Source: an uncultured virus (IMG/VR IMGVR_UViG_3300033553_000824)
Taxonomy: Duplodnaviria; Heunggongvirae; Uroviricota; Caudoviricetes
Length of the DNA stretch: 64,000 bases
Reading direction: 5' to 3' (one strand)
Virus record (IMG/VR): IMGVR_UViG_3300033553_000824
The notes beneath the pieces are model-generated. The model made no database searches. It was not told where the DNA came from and saw only the letters and a list, made by a program, of their open reading frames with translations. Below are positions 49,310 to 59,501 of the stretch, piece by piece; positions within the stretch are counted from its first letter, which is position 1, and every line of letters starts with the position of its first letter. A program made the translations under genes and the position numbers.

Positions 49310-49597
49310 GTGAAACAAATGGCGAACCAATCCCCTATAGACAGAATAGAGAACACCAAAACAGGTGAAGAGCTCATGGTTATACTCACAGAACTATTAG
49401 GTGAACCACATAGCATCACCCCAGACGTGTATGCCACATGGACATACGGGGTTAACAACAAAAATATATTAATATTGCCACTCTTCAAAAAAGACTACGA
49501 GGCTAGACTAAAATTAGCTAAAGAAGCAGCCTGTCAAGCATGGGCTATGAAAAACCCAGACCTTATCAGAGAAGCCTTAAGGGAATACAACAAATAA
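49310..49597 (+). CDS. Hypothetical protein
   Basis: CGTTAG upstream; start may be 49319. Confidence 0.6.
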   Translation: MKQMANQSPIDRIENTKTGEELMVILTELLGEPHSITPDVYATWTYGVNNKNILILPLFKKDYEARLKLAKEAACQAWAMKNPDLIREALREYNK

Positions 49598-49638
49598 CAA
49601 GAAACGACAGCTAAGCTGTCAATAAGGAGCGTACCAAC

Positions 49639-50022
49639 ATGTTCGGTAACAAAATTAAACCAGAAATCACAACTAACAGTTTCACCACATTAGAGGCCCT
49701 TCCGGTTATTTCAGAAGACACCATAGCTGATTTTATTTATGGACGAAGGGGCCCTAAAATCGTCAACCCTGACAGCATAATGAACAACATTAGATCAGGA
49801 AGCTGTGGGGAAATAGTTGGCATATGGTATGAGATGATAGGTCAAACAACCGTAGTACTCATGCTCAACAAAAAAGGAGAGCTACTCAACCCGAGAGTAA
49901 AAACTAACCACATGAACCAATTCAAAATAGCTGAGAAAGCATTCAAAGAAAAAGCATATGAGTACCTCAAATTCGCTGCAGGTCCCAACGTCCCATTATC
50001 CGAAATAGTAACTAAACTATAA
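49639..50022 (+). CDS. Hypothetical protein, family A
   Basis: MFG..PEITT.SFT...LP, GEIVGIW, LNKKG, AAGP. Confidence 0.8.
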   Translation: MFGNKIKPEITTNSFTTLEALPVISEDTIADFIYGRRGPKIVNPDSIMNNIRSGSCGEIVGIWYEMIGQTTVVLMLNKKGELLNPRVKTNHMNQFKIAEKAFKEKAYEYLKFAAGPNVPLSEIVTKL

Positions 50023-50066
50023 ATCCCAAAAAATAAACAAAACCAACCATAGGAGCACAACACATC

Positions 50067-50444
50067 ATGGCAGAAGAACTCAACAGTTTCAACAAAATCA
50101 AACACGGCGACATTATAGAGATATGGGAAAAACAATACGACCAAGTTTTCCGTGGTGTAGCATTATTCTTAGAAGACAACTTCTGGAGCACTGACGCTAA
50201 CTACAGGGTCAAAAAACTCTCAGATGGTAACTACAGTATGAGCCTCGGGCAAGGTAAACTCAGCGACGAGAACTACTTCAACGACAAAGGTGAAATCACA
50301 GACCTCACAAAACTACCAACCAAAGGCATTAGCTCAATGGGTATGGTCGGCCAAGGAGACTTCACCGAAGGCAACAGAGTGTTCAAACTAAACAGCTTGT
50401 ACGAAACAACACCAATAGTCACCAACCTGAAATTAATACCATAA
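50067..50444 (+). CDS. Hypothetical protein
   Basis: AGGAG RBS. Confidence 0.65.
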   Translation: MAEELNSFNKIKHGDIIEIWEKQYDQVFRGVALFLEDNFWSTDANYRVKKLSDGNYSMSLGQGKLSDENYFNDKGEITDLTKLPTKGISSMGMVGQGDFTEGNRVFKLNSLYETTPIVTNLKLIP

Positions 50445-50519
50445 AGTTTAAGTACCTTTAGCGTATGGTAGCAAAATTAGTTGATAACTAGTGACTTGTT
50501 ATTTAGCAGTACTTTTCTG

Positions 50520-50903
50520 TTAGGACTTCTTAAGTAAATCAGCATAAGACACGTATGGAACTCCAGCTAAGTCAGTGACCGATAAATTCCCGTTTTTAGC
50601 TCCGCTAGCTATTTCATTCCACGAGGTTTTACTTCGCCCATTGGACCACTGTACCCATGTCGTTCCGCCCGCTTCGCGATGTAAAGTCATAAGGGTTCCA
50701 TTGCGGAACCCTTTAACGCCAGTCATATCAACCATAACAAAAGAATAAACAGCTCCCCTAGCTAAAGTAGACTCTAGACCAAACTCCGACCCTCCCCAAA
50801 TTAACGTTTTAGTTACTTTCTTAATCTCATCCGGAGTTAAAGGGTCATTATCCTCAAACAAATCATGAAAAGAATCGTATTTTTTAATATTACTGTCAGC
50901 CAT
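50520..50903 (-). CDS. Hypothetical protein
   Basis: AGGAG RBS. Confidence 0.65.
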   Translation of the reverse strand: MADSNIKKYDSFHDLFEDNDPLTPDEIKKVTKTLIWGGSEFGLESTLARGAVYSFVMVDMTGVKGFRNGTLMTLHREAGGTTWVQWSNGRSKTSWNEIASGAKNGNLSVTDLAGVPYVSYADLLKKS

Positions 50904-51092
50904 AAGTATCTCCTAACTATAAAAGTAAACTTTTTACATAAAGCTGTCCTAGCGGGTAAGAAAACAGACCAAACAGTTAATAACAAGGTTCCTTCTTGCT
51001 TTTCGCTCTTTCATATAAAAATTACTTATATAAGAGGGCATATTATGTTTAACTAATACCGATATTATAAACAACACCAAGGAGCTTTTTTA

Positions 51093-51650
51093 ATGATCGA
51101 AACAATTATACTACTACTGGTTATTATAGGAATTGGTGGCGCATTAGCAGCCATCTATAACAGCCTAATTAAACTACGCAACTTAACTAATGGAGGTTGG
51201 GCTCAAATAGATGTTCAATTACAAAGAAGAAACGACCTTATCCCCAACCTAGTTAACACCGTTAAAGGCTACGCAGCTCATGAGAAAACAACTTTTGAAG
51301 AAGTAACCAGAGCAAGGAACATGTCAGCTTCCGCTTCTACTGTAGGTGAAGCCGCTGAATCCAGTAACATGCTCACACAAGCGTTAGGTAAACTATTCGC
51401 TGTTGCTGAAGCATACCCGGACCTTAAAGCATCAAATAACTTCTTACAACTACAAGAGGAACTAGCGACAACCGAGAACAAAATTGCTTTCGCCCGACAA
51501 TACTACAACAACAATGTGAGAACCCTGAACACCAAAATAGAAGTTTTCCCCTCTAACCTCATAGCTAACATGTTCAAATTCGAACAAAAAGAATACTTCG
51601 AAGTTGAAAACGCGGATGTCAAAAAAACACCTAACGTTGATTTCTCCTAA
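51093..51650 (+). CDS. lemA: LemA family protein
   Basis: N-terminal TM, WAQIDVQLQRR.DLIPNLV.TVKGYA.HE, AEAYPDLKAS.NF..LQ.EL..TENKIA.ARQ.YN. Confidence 0.95.
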   Translation: MIETIILLLVIIGIGGALAAIYNSLIKLRNLTNGGWAQIDVQLQRRNDLIPNLVNTVKGYAAHEKTTFEEVTRARNMSASASTVGEAAESSNMLTQALGKLFAVAEAYPDLKASNNFLQLQEELATTENKIAFARQYYNNNVRTLNTKIEVFPSNLIANMFKFEQKEYFEVENADVKKTPNVDFS

Positions 51651-51668
51651 AGAAAGATACAACAAACA

Positions 51669-52604
51669 ATGAACTTCCATGAATACGCTAAAACAAACAG
51701 AAGAAAAACTGTTCTCTTTGTTTTCCTAACCTTCATGATTTTCAGTGCCGCCACAACAGCACTAATTTTCGGGCTAGGGTTAGGTGCAATCAGCAACAAC
51801 ACGAACACAAACTTGTTGACTTCCGTTACCATCGGAGGGGCTATATCCGTAATCGTCATAACCATCCTATATTTCAACTTCGCCATAATAGCATTAAAAA
51901 TGTCAGGAGCCCACGAAGCAGACATCAACAACTACAGCACCTTACATAACGTCGTAGAGGAAATGGCTATCGCCGCTGGTATACCAAAACCAAAAGTAAA
52001 CATCATCCAAGGAGACTACCTGAACGCGTTCGCCATAGGAACCCGCGACAAAGGAGCAGTAGCCTGCACAGAAGGTATGATAAAAGCCTTAAACCGTGAA
52101 CAACTCCAAGGGGTAATGGCACACGAAATAGGTCACCTAAAAAACGGAGACAGTAAACTCATGACCATAGTAGCAGGCGTAGGAGCTGCCTTAGGCATAA
52201 TGGCTGACATAGCCTACTACAGTCTATTCATCAGCAGAAACAGCAAAAACGCCAACCAAGCAACAATAGTAATCCAACTCATAGGCTTAATGCTCGTCAT
52301 AGTCGTAGCACCACTACTCTCCGCCATTGTAAGAGCCTCAATATCACGAGAACGCGAATGGTTAGCGGACGCCACAGCTGTTGACCTAACCCGTAGCCCA
52401 GAGGGCCTCAAAGGTGCTTTAGAAGTCCTACGCGACAACCAAATTGTTCAACCCAAACCCAAACGCTCCCTAGCGCACCTCTGGATCAACGAACCAATAA
52501 ACAGCGCCAAAGAAAAAAACAAACACAAACAAAGCATGTTCTCAACCCACCCTGTACTAGAAGAAAGAATAGAACGCTTAGACCGAATGAACTACACTCG
52601 CTAA
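51669..52604 (+). CDS. htpX: HtpX-like M48 membrane zinc metalloprotease
   Basis: NAFA, GVMAHEIGH...D, SREREWLAD, FSTHP....RI. Confidence 0.92.
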   Translation: MNFHEYAKTNRRKTVLFVFLTFMIFSAATTALIFGLGLGAISNNTNTNLLTSVTIGGAISVIVITILYFNFAIIALKMSGAHEADINNYSTLHNVVEEMAIAAGIPKPKVNIIQGDYLNAFAIGTRDKGAVACTEGMIKALNREQLQGVMAHEIGHLKNGDSKLMTIVAGVGAALGIMADIAYYSLFISRNSKNANQATIVIQLIGLMLVIVVAPLLSAIVRASISREREWLADATAVDLTRSPEGLKGALEVLRDNQIVQPKPKRSLAHLWINEPINSAKEKNKHKQSMFSTHPVLEERIERLDRMNYTR

Positions 52605-52669
52605 ATTTTATAGAACTCCTTCTATGATACAATATTAACATAACTTACAATCTAAACAGAGGTACAAAA

Positions 52670-53701
52670 ATGACAGAACTAATGGGCGTGAAAGACACCG
52701 CACGATGGATATCAACAGTAGGTCTAGAAAAAATTATTCCCGAACTCGTACAATACATAGAAGATGATTTTAAAAGATGGAACGAGTTTGACAAATCCCC
52801 ACGTGTAGCTAACCACACCCCATTAGGTGTCATAGAGCTCATGCCCACCTGCGATTCGGAACTCTACGGCTTCAAATACGTCAACGGACACCCCTCCAAC
52901 CCCTCACATGGATACCAAACAGTTGTAGCTTTCGGTGTTCTCGCTAATGTACACAACGGCTACCCCACATTCCTTTCCGAAATGACACTACTCACAGCTG
53001 CAAGAACAGCAGCAACATCAGCAATGGTAGCACGCCTCCTCGCCCGCCCAAACTCCCAAAACCACACCATCATCGGAGCGGGAAGCCAATCAGAATTCCA
53101 AGCAATAGCCATGCGTTCAATCCTAGGTTTAAAAGAAATCACCATCTACGACACCGACCCGGACGCTATAACAAAATTCGTTAACAACCTCACCCCATTA
53201 GGGTTCAACATAAAAGTAGCTAACAACGCCGCAGAAGCATGCTTAAACGCTGATATCGTCACCACCTGCACAGCCGACAAAACCAACGCCCAAATCATAA
53301 AAGCAGGTGACCTGCAACCAGGAACACACCTCAACGCCATCGGCGGAGACTGCCCAGGGAAAACCGAACTAGACCCCAAAATACTCGATGAAGGACCAGT
53401 GTTCGTAGAATATTTACCTCAAACCCGCATAGAAGGAGAACTACAATCAAAAGACCCAAACTACCCAGCAACCGAACTATGGGAAGTCCTCAATAAAAAA
53501 GCCCCCGGACGCACAAACGACAAACAAATCACCATCTACGATTCGGTAGGTTTCGCCATCGAAGACTTCTCTGTCCTACGATATGCTCGTGACCAAGTAC
53601 AAGGAACCAACTATGTTACACCCATCGACCTTATCGCAGAGCCAGAAGACCCAAAAAACCTATTCAGTATGATAACAGTACTCTCCCCCACCCGGTCCTA
53701 A
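52670..53701 (+). CDS. ocd: Ornithine cyclodeaminase
   Basis: GVIELMP, FKYVNGHP.NP, RTAATS, IG.GSQSEFQ, AIGGDCPGKTEL, YDSVGFAIED. Confidence 0.93.
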   Translation: MTELMGVKDTARWISTVGLEKIIPELVQYIEDDFKRWNEFDKSPRVANHTPLGVIELMPTCDSELYGFKYVNGHPSNPSHGYQTVVAFGVLANVHNGYPTFLSEMTLLTAARTAATSAMVARLLARPNSQNHTIIGAGSQSEFQAIAMRSILGLKEITIYDTDPDAITKFVNNLTPLGFNIKVANNAAEACLNADIVTTCTADKTNAQIIKAGDLQPGTHLNAIGGDCPGKTELDPKILDEGPVFVEYLPQTRIEGELQSKDPNYPATELWEVLNKKAPGRTNDKQITIYDSVGFAIEDFSVLRYARDQVQGTNYVTPIDLIAEPEDPKNLFSMITVLSPTRS

Positions 53702-53875
53702 ACAACAGAATAAAACATTTAGAACAAATGAACTACGCGTACTAATTTTTCTGCACCCCTCACGCACTCTTTGATTTCTAGTCAACTAGTTATGATTCAA
53801 TGAACCCGCCCATGCTCTTAATATCCTAAACCAATGCCGTTAGGAAACCATAATAAAACAAGGAAGTGAACAGCA

Positions 53876-54292
53876 ATGACTACCGAAGAAACACAAACTT
53901 TATGTGCTCACGTAAATGAGTTAACCCCTGAACAAGCTAAACGAATCATAGTTCACGGTAAAGTCACCTCAGAAGGGGATTGCGGCAATATTTGGGGCGA
54001 AAAACACGGCTGCCCTTGGCCTCACACAATCATAGAATCCCCATCAGAAGAAGACTTAAAGCATCTTAGGTCATCTGACATAGGTTACATGATAACTCCC
54101 GTTGATGCATGGGATGATATGATAACCGAATGGAAATGGGTGGAAGACCCCTACTGTAACCAAAGATCAATACGCGGTCTTGACTACCGTATGCCCTATG
54201 GGAAAGCACTTTCGATCAATGTCGAGGCGGTACCGGTACTCAAAAATAAGTTACCTTCTCTTCCTGCAGGATTAGTCCTCAACAACATATAA
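53876..54292 (+). CDS. Hypothetical protein, GDCGN-CPWPH family
   Basis: GDCGNIWGEKHGCPWPH. Confidence 0.8.
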   Translation: MTTEETQTLCAHVNELTPEQAKRIIVHGKVTSEGDCGNIWGEKHGCPWPHTIIESPSEEDLKHLRSSDIGYMITPVDAWDDMITEWKWVEDPYCNQRSIRGLDYRMPYGKALSINVEAVPVLKNKLPSLPAGLVLNNI

Positions 54293-54534
54293 AAAGACAA
54301 GCGGCTGGGGCAATAACGAAACTCACTTGTTATTCTTTCGGTTTGTGTTGAATCTATATTGTTAACCCTGACAACAGAAACCAGTTCCCGTGGGAGTTAC
54401 TTAACTACGGCGCGTAAGCTTGTTTTCTTCACTTAGCCTATTCAGTACGATACCGATACTATCCCCCACCCGGCATTAGAAAGCAGAATAAATTAACTAC
54501 ACTCACTAAATTCCTGTTATTAAAACTGAGTACC

Positions 54535-54585
54535 AGACACATTAAAACATGCCTAAAGGCCCCTTAGACATAATATAACATGTCT
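54535..54585. promoter_or_regulatory. Paired 20-bp imperfect palindromes, 31-bp period (site 1 of 3)
   Basis: AGACACATTAAAACATGCCT and AGACATAATATAACATGTCT. Confidence 0.65.
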
Positions 54586-54599
54586 GGAAGAAGAGAAAC

Positions 54600-55007
54600 C
54601 TATAGTTTAACTACTTCTTTCCCGTCTGAGCTAAGAACCGTTACCTTAGTGAACCCAGCATCAAAAATATAATTATACTCCTCACCTAAAGATTCAAGAT
54701 CCTCTAAAGAAGCAAACTTCTGCATATCAGCAACATCATCCATGTCCGTATAATAATTACCAATAAGAGGCTCATGCTGAATATGATCACCAGCCATTGC
54801 ACTCACCTTAGAAGGGTCCTTACAAATAGAAGACCACCCGGCGTGCTCAAAAATCTTATCCAACAGTTTCTTATATGAACCATTGAAATTCGATTCAGCT
54901 AAACCAGTCAAATCCTCCAACACCGAATCCCCATCCCAATGAACATAAACCCCATAAAATGTTCCATTAGTAGCATCTTCCTTCAAAATAGTGGCATTAG
55001 TTGACAT
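54600..55007 (-). CDS. Phage-type hypothetical protein
   Basis: MST.A.I...VYVHWDG N-terminus; AAGGAG RBS. Confidence 0.75.
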   Translation of the reverse strand: MSTNATILKEDATNGTFYGVYVHWDGDSVLEDLTGLAESNFNGSYKKLLDKIFEHAGWSSICKDPSKVSAMAGDHIQHEPLIGNYYTDMDDVADMQKFASLEDLESLGEEYNYIFDAGFTKVTVLSSDGKEVVKL

Positions 55008-55274
55008 ACTGCTCTCCTTTTATAGCTCTGATATATTACAGTTATTATCCTAACGGACGTATCCTAAATAGCCTAGATATATATTCAATATTGTGGGCAC
55101 CTTAACACGCACAAAGATACAGTACGGGGTTTCGAACTTTATCGTGAACATCTAACATAATATAGTTCTGTAAAAACCCTGGCGGCGAAAACAGCGTTAC
55201 TCTTAAATTAGCTAATAAACCTTGAAGCTGCGGATAGAGAAGCTACCAACTGATGTAACACAATATAACAAAAG

Positions 55275-55688
55275 GTGAAAATGATGTCAAACATAAACAA
55301 CGAATCTGAAAAAGACAGAATTTATAGGGCATACCGTTTAGCCCTGAAGGGCTCAAAAGAACACCGTGCCGGTGAGAGAAAACAGAGAGCCCGTGAAATA
55401 ATAACAACAAGATACAATATTTCACACCATGAGTTAAAAGACATCATATGCACTTTAGATAAAGAAAACAACATAACACATGAGCACACATTAGATTATG
55501 AACGAGAATTAACATTGAAAAAGCTTAACGAAGATCTACGGGACGAAGACAGAATTTGTACTTCATGTGGTAGTGAAGAAGAAACTGTTCGGTACAGATA
55601 CAACCCGTATGAGATTAACGTGAACCGTGAATACGTAATCTACAAAAGCTGCCTTGAATGTGATGTTAGATTAGAATATGACATCTAA
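55275..55688 (+). CDS. Hypothetical protein with C-terminal zinc ribbon
   Basis: CTSC...CLEC. Confidence 0.65.
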   Translation: MKMMSNINNESEKDRIYRAYRLALKGSKEHRAGERKQRAREIITTRYNISHHELKDIICTLDKENNITHEHTLDYERELTLKKLNEDLRDEDRICTSCGSEEETVRYRYNPYEINVNREYVIYKSCLECDVRLEYDI

Positions 55689-55926
55689 CATCGGCTTCCA
55701 CCTACTGTAAGGGGGCGTTGCCTGGCCGATAATGAAGACATCATTAGAGTTCCGGGATTTTGCTAAATACAAAAACCCCTGTGCGGAAGGAACGCCAGAA
55801 AACAATTCACCCACAACAACAGAAGAGCCCCTAATTAGACCCTCAACCTCTTCGTAACTATGTATAAGACATATTGCAGCGTAACCGCGCCGATAGGATT
55901 AACATAACAAGAAAGGCATTAAACCA

Positions 55927-56709
55927 TTGAACAATCTGACATCTCCAGCAGAGCGGTATGACAACCCTACACTTCCCGCACCACAGTTCGAGTATGATGA
56001 GAGCAGGAGAGATGAAGGTTCCAATCAGCAGCCACAATCTCGCAGGCAACGCCGCAACAGCCCTTATCGCCACAGTTGGGTGGTGGCCACGTTACTGTCA
56101 ACACTACTCCTGGCCGCATGCTCCCCGTCCGCAAGCAACCTCAAAACCCCAAACATCATCTGGCCTGACGGTGCGCCCAGCGGCCCACTCGAAGACTCCG
56201 ACTGGGGTCAAGCATACCGCCACATCGAGATTGAACTCTCAACCGCGCAGGCTTTTGGCGACTTCTCAGACCCGGACCTCATTGCAGCCGTTGGGTATGA
56301 CCTGGCGGAGCGCTACGCCAACAACTGGAGCGCGTTCGGCTTTGACCCAGAGACAACCGACAGGAACCAGATCGAGGCCATCACGACATACGCCTCGAAG
56401 AGCATCATCGCTGATATAGAGGAACAGACGGACGGACGGTCAGCCGAGGTCTCCGTTTGTGGCGGATGGTTCACCACAATCGACGGCGCGGATCACCTCA
56501 TCTATGAATGGGAGTTTGCGCGCTCAGATGACGGTCACATCACCGTCACCGACGTGTGGCTCAACACCGACCGGGAGACATGTAGTGTCTTAGTGCCGCA
56601 GCCAGGGTTGTGGGCCGAACCCTTCGATTCCGCAGACATTGACCCGCCCAGCGTGAAGAAGCCGCTTCCCCGCGACTACTACATTGACCTGGGTGTGATC
56701 AGCGAGTAG
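55927..56709 (+). CDS. Lipoprotein-like protein: GC-rich body fused to a shared leader
   Basis: LLLAAC lipobox; about 60% GC after 56078; leader shared with 56816. Confidence 0.7.
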   Translation: MNNLTSPAERYDNPTLPAPQFEYDESRRDEGSNQQPQSRRQRRNSPYRHSWVVATLLSTLLLAACSPSASNLKTPNIIWPDGAPSGPLEDSDWGQAYRHIEIELSTAQAFGDFSDPDLIAAVGYDLAERYANNWSAFGFDPETTDRNQIEAITTYASKSIIADIEEQTDGRSAEVSVCGGWFTTIDGADHLIYEWEFARSDDGHITVTDVWLNTDRETCSVLVPQPGLWAEPFDSADIDPPSVKKPLPRDYYIDLGVISE

Positions 56710-56815
56710 CTACCAGTCACACAACATCCATAGAAGATCATCCGAACCAGATATGAGACATATTGTAACATAACCGCGCCGATAGGATCAACATAACAAG
56801 AAAGGTGTTAAACCA

Positions 56816-57310
56816 ATGGACAACCCATCAGACCGGAACGACAACCCTACCCTGCCCGCGCCACAGTTCAAGTATGATGAGAGCAGGAGAGGTAAGAATT
56901 TGAATCAGCCACAATCTCGCAGGCAACGCCGCAACTCACCTTATCGCCGCAGTGCTACTTCCACTGAATCAAACAACGGCTCCCGGCGAATGGGCTATGC
57001 AGAGTCTAAAAAATGGAATGACCGAAGCGCCTCGAACGTCTTCTGGATCACCACATGGTTCGGTGCTTTCATCTCAGTACTTACCGGTATTATCACCGCG
57101 ATGGTGATGGCAGGCTCACACCGCCCAAGAATCCCTTTCGTCGGTCACACAACATTCATGGAAGATCACCCAAACTTCCCTCTAATTACAGTTTCACTGG
57201 CTGTGGCGATCATAATATGGCTGATGTTCATAATAGGAGCTGCCATACAGGCTATAAAAGCCAAACGTCGCGAACGCTTGAAACGGCAAATCCCAGGGCT
57301 GATTAAGTAA
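56816..57310 (+). CDS. Two-TM membrane protein with the same leader
   Basis: DNPTLPAPQF.YDESRR...QPQSRRQRRNSPYR shared with 55927. Confidence 0.75.
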   Translation: MDNPSDRNDNPTLPAPQFKYDESRRGKNLNQPQSRRQRRNSPYRRSATSTESNNGSRRMGYAESKKWNDRSASNVFWITTWFGAFISVLTGIITAMVMAGSHRPRIPFVGHTTFMEDHPNFPLITVSLAVAIIIWLMFIIGAAIQAIKAKRRERLKRQIPGLIK

Positions 57311-57524
57311 CAAACCCTTAACCAGACCCTCAAACCTTTTCATAACTTTAACCTATTCAAATCTAATTCTTACAAACTTGCGCTCTTCGGACTAATGAGG
57401 TATTTTTTTTCAAGGGATATTCTAACAAAATTATAGTATACAAAAGAGCTAACATGTGGTAAGGTTAAACGTTAAGGTCCGCCTGAAGAATAGCTCTAAA
57501 ACTAGAATTTGAAGGAAAAATATT

Positions 57525-58307
57525 ATGAAACTCACTATCATTGGTTCATCCGGTTCAGTTGCTGGTCCTGACAACCCTGCCTCTTGTTACCTCATCGAAC
57601 ATACCAACGGTAACATTTCCACTAAAGTCCTATTGGATCTTGGTACAGGAGCCCTTGGTCAACTACAGAAGATTATCGACCCATCAGAACTAGACGCTAT
57701 TCTCATCACTCACGCCCATCCAGATCATTGCTCAGATCTTGAAAGCCTAGCAGTCTGGCAAAAATACGGTCCACCTCTTTACGCTGATAAGCCTACTCTC
57801 CGAATTCCATTATACGCACCTCAGGACGTTTTCAGGAGACTCACAGCCCTCGAATCTCACAGCGGCGGAAATTTCATTTCCGTATTCGACTATCATTCAA
57901 CTCGCTCTAACATTTTTAAGATTGGAGCTTTCACTATTGAAGATTGGCGCGCATGGCACCCAATCCCTTCTTCCATGTTCAGTATTACAGGCCCATCTTC
58001 AGTGCGCGAAGGAAACTCCACTTTGTTCTTCACCGGAGATACCGACCTTAACGATAACGTAATTAAAGCAGCGCGCGGAGCTGATGTACTCCTTGCTGAA
58101 GCAGGCTGGGCTCACCGAGAAGTAAACCCAGCTGGAATTCACATGAACGGAACTCAAGCTGGAGAACTCGCGAAAGCTGCTGATGTAAATAAAATGCTTC
58201 TCACCCACATCGTTCCTTGGGTTGACCCTAAACTAACTCTCGATAAAGCCCAAATCGTCTTTCCAAATACTGAACTAGCTTCCCCAGGAGCTACTCATTT
58301 AATCTAG
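57525..58307 (+). CDS. Metallo-beta-lactamase-fold hydrolase (RNase Z/BN-like)
   Basis: GSSGS...PASCYL, DLG, THAHPDH, TGDT, H.NG..AG, LTH. Confidence 0.9.
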   Translation: MKLTIIGSSGSVAGPDNPASCYLIEHTNGNISTKVLLDLGTGALGQLQKIIDPSELDAILITHAHPDHCSDLESLAVWQKYGPPLYADKPTLRIPLYAPQDVFRRLTALESHSGGNFISVFDYHSTRSNIFKIGAFTIEDWRAWHPIPSSMFSITGPSSVREGNSTLFFTGDTDLNDNVIKAARGADVLLAEAGWAHREVNPAGIHMNGTQAGELAKAADVNKMLLTHIVPWVDPKLTLDKAQIVFPNTELASPGATHLI

Positions 58308-58490
58308 AGTCAACATCGACTTATCCTATAAGGAACAAATATGAAACTCGAACCTGAAAACTCCCAAAGGGTTGCGCTATATTATTATTTAACGAAGCTC
58401 TGCTAACAACATACACTGGTGTAACACAGGTCATCAAAAAACTAGCATAAACACGCCGATAGGACCAACATAACAAGAAAGGTCAAACCA

Positions 58491-58940
58491 ATGGAAAACC
58501 AAACACCCCCAGCAGACTGGTATGACGACCCTACCGCACCGAACCTCCTAAGATACTGGGATGGGGAACAATGGACAGAACACACAGCTCCCCGCCCAAC
58601 ACAACAACCAAACCAACAGACAGCCGCCCGAACCGCCACCGAACCAGCAGCACCCAAATATGTTATATTCGGCTACGCATCACTAGCAGCCGCCATCCTA
58701 TCAATAGCCCTAATCATGACCTCATTCATCGACATGATTAACGGGAGCAACATCTACCTCCTAGGGTTAACCAGCGTGTTCACAGCAATCATCATCGGAC
58801 GCCTCGGATTCAACAAACTCAGCCTAACATTAGAAAAAACCCCCAAAACCCTCAGCGTCATAGCACAAGTCACCGGATATGTCATGCTCCTAATGTACGC
58901 CGGAATTGGCCTAGTCTGGATCATCGAAAAACTAGCATAA
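58491..58940 (+). CDS. DUF2510-domain multi-pass membrane protein
   Basis: PADWYDDP....LRYWDGEQWTEH; three TM helices. Confidence 0.85.
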   Translation: MENQTPPADWYDDPTAPNLLRYWDGEQWTEHTAPRPTQQPNQQTAARTATEPAAPKYVIFGYASLAAAILSIALIMTSFIDMINGSNIYLLGLTSVFTAIIIGRLGFNKLSLTLEKTPKTLSVIAQVTGYVMLLMYAGIGLVWIIEKLA

Positions 58941-59016
58941 AACAAACCATGGGGCTGATTGAGTAGCAACGAAAGAGCCCCTAATCAGACCCTCAACTCT
59001 TAATAAACTACATCTG

Positions 59017-59067
59017 AGACACATTATAATGTGTCTTATGTACTGTTAGACATATTATAACATGTTT
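59017..59067. promoter_or_regulatory. Paired 20-bp palindromes (site 2 of 3)
   Basis: Perfect palindrome AGACACATTATAATGTGTCT plus AGACATATTATAACATGTTT 31 bp later. Confidence 0.7.
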
Positions 59068-59234
59068 AGCTTTAAACTCTTATAACAATATTTTCAGTAT
59101 TACAAACCCAAAAAACTATTCAATATGATACCAATACCCCGTCAACTAACAAAAACAATAATCCGACTCACATAAAAAGAATAAAAACCACCCCGATAGA
59201 GATACAATTAAACGACCAAAGGATATATAAAACC

Positions 59235-59501
59235 ATGGATAAAAAAGTTGTTTTAAAAGTCATTTTACCAAGCGGCAAAGAAGAATACAAAATCACTGCA
59301 ATAAACTTAAAATACGCAAAAAAATTTTTCGACACCCTAAACGAAGCGGACTATTCCGAACCAGTTGTTTCTATAATTATTTACGAAGGAAACGACATGA
59401 TACAAAGCAAACACATTTCCCTGTCTGACTTCCGTAAAGTATGGCTCAGGGATCTAAAAACAGGATTCGCTAAAAGTCACAACATCCCCCGAGCTTTCTA
59501 A
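59235..59501 (+). CDS. Hypothetical protein, paralog of 12879-13166
   Basis: Shared ADYS..VS...FRK.W motif. Confidence 0.7.
   Translation: MDKKVVLKVILPSGKEEYKITAINLKYAKKFFDTLNEADYSEPVVSIIIYEGNDMIQSKHISLSDFRKVWLRDLKTGFAKSHNIPRAF

Noticed and set aside
58431..58943. About 21-bp direct repeat flanking the DUF2510 gene as an insertion target duplication
   Set aside because: Better explained as the 3' remnant of a decayed paralog (both ends encode ..I.KLA-stop).
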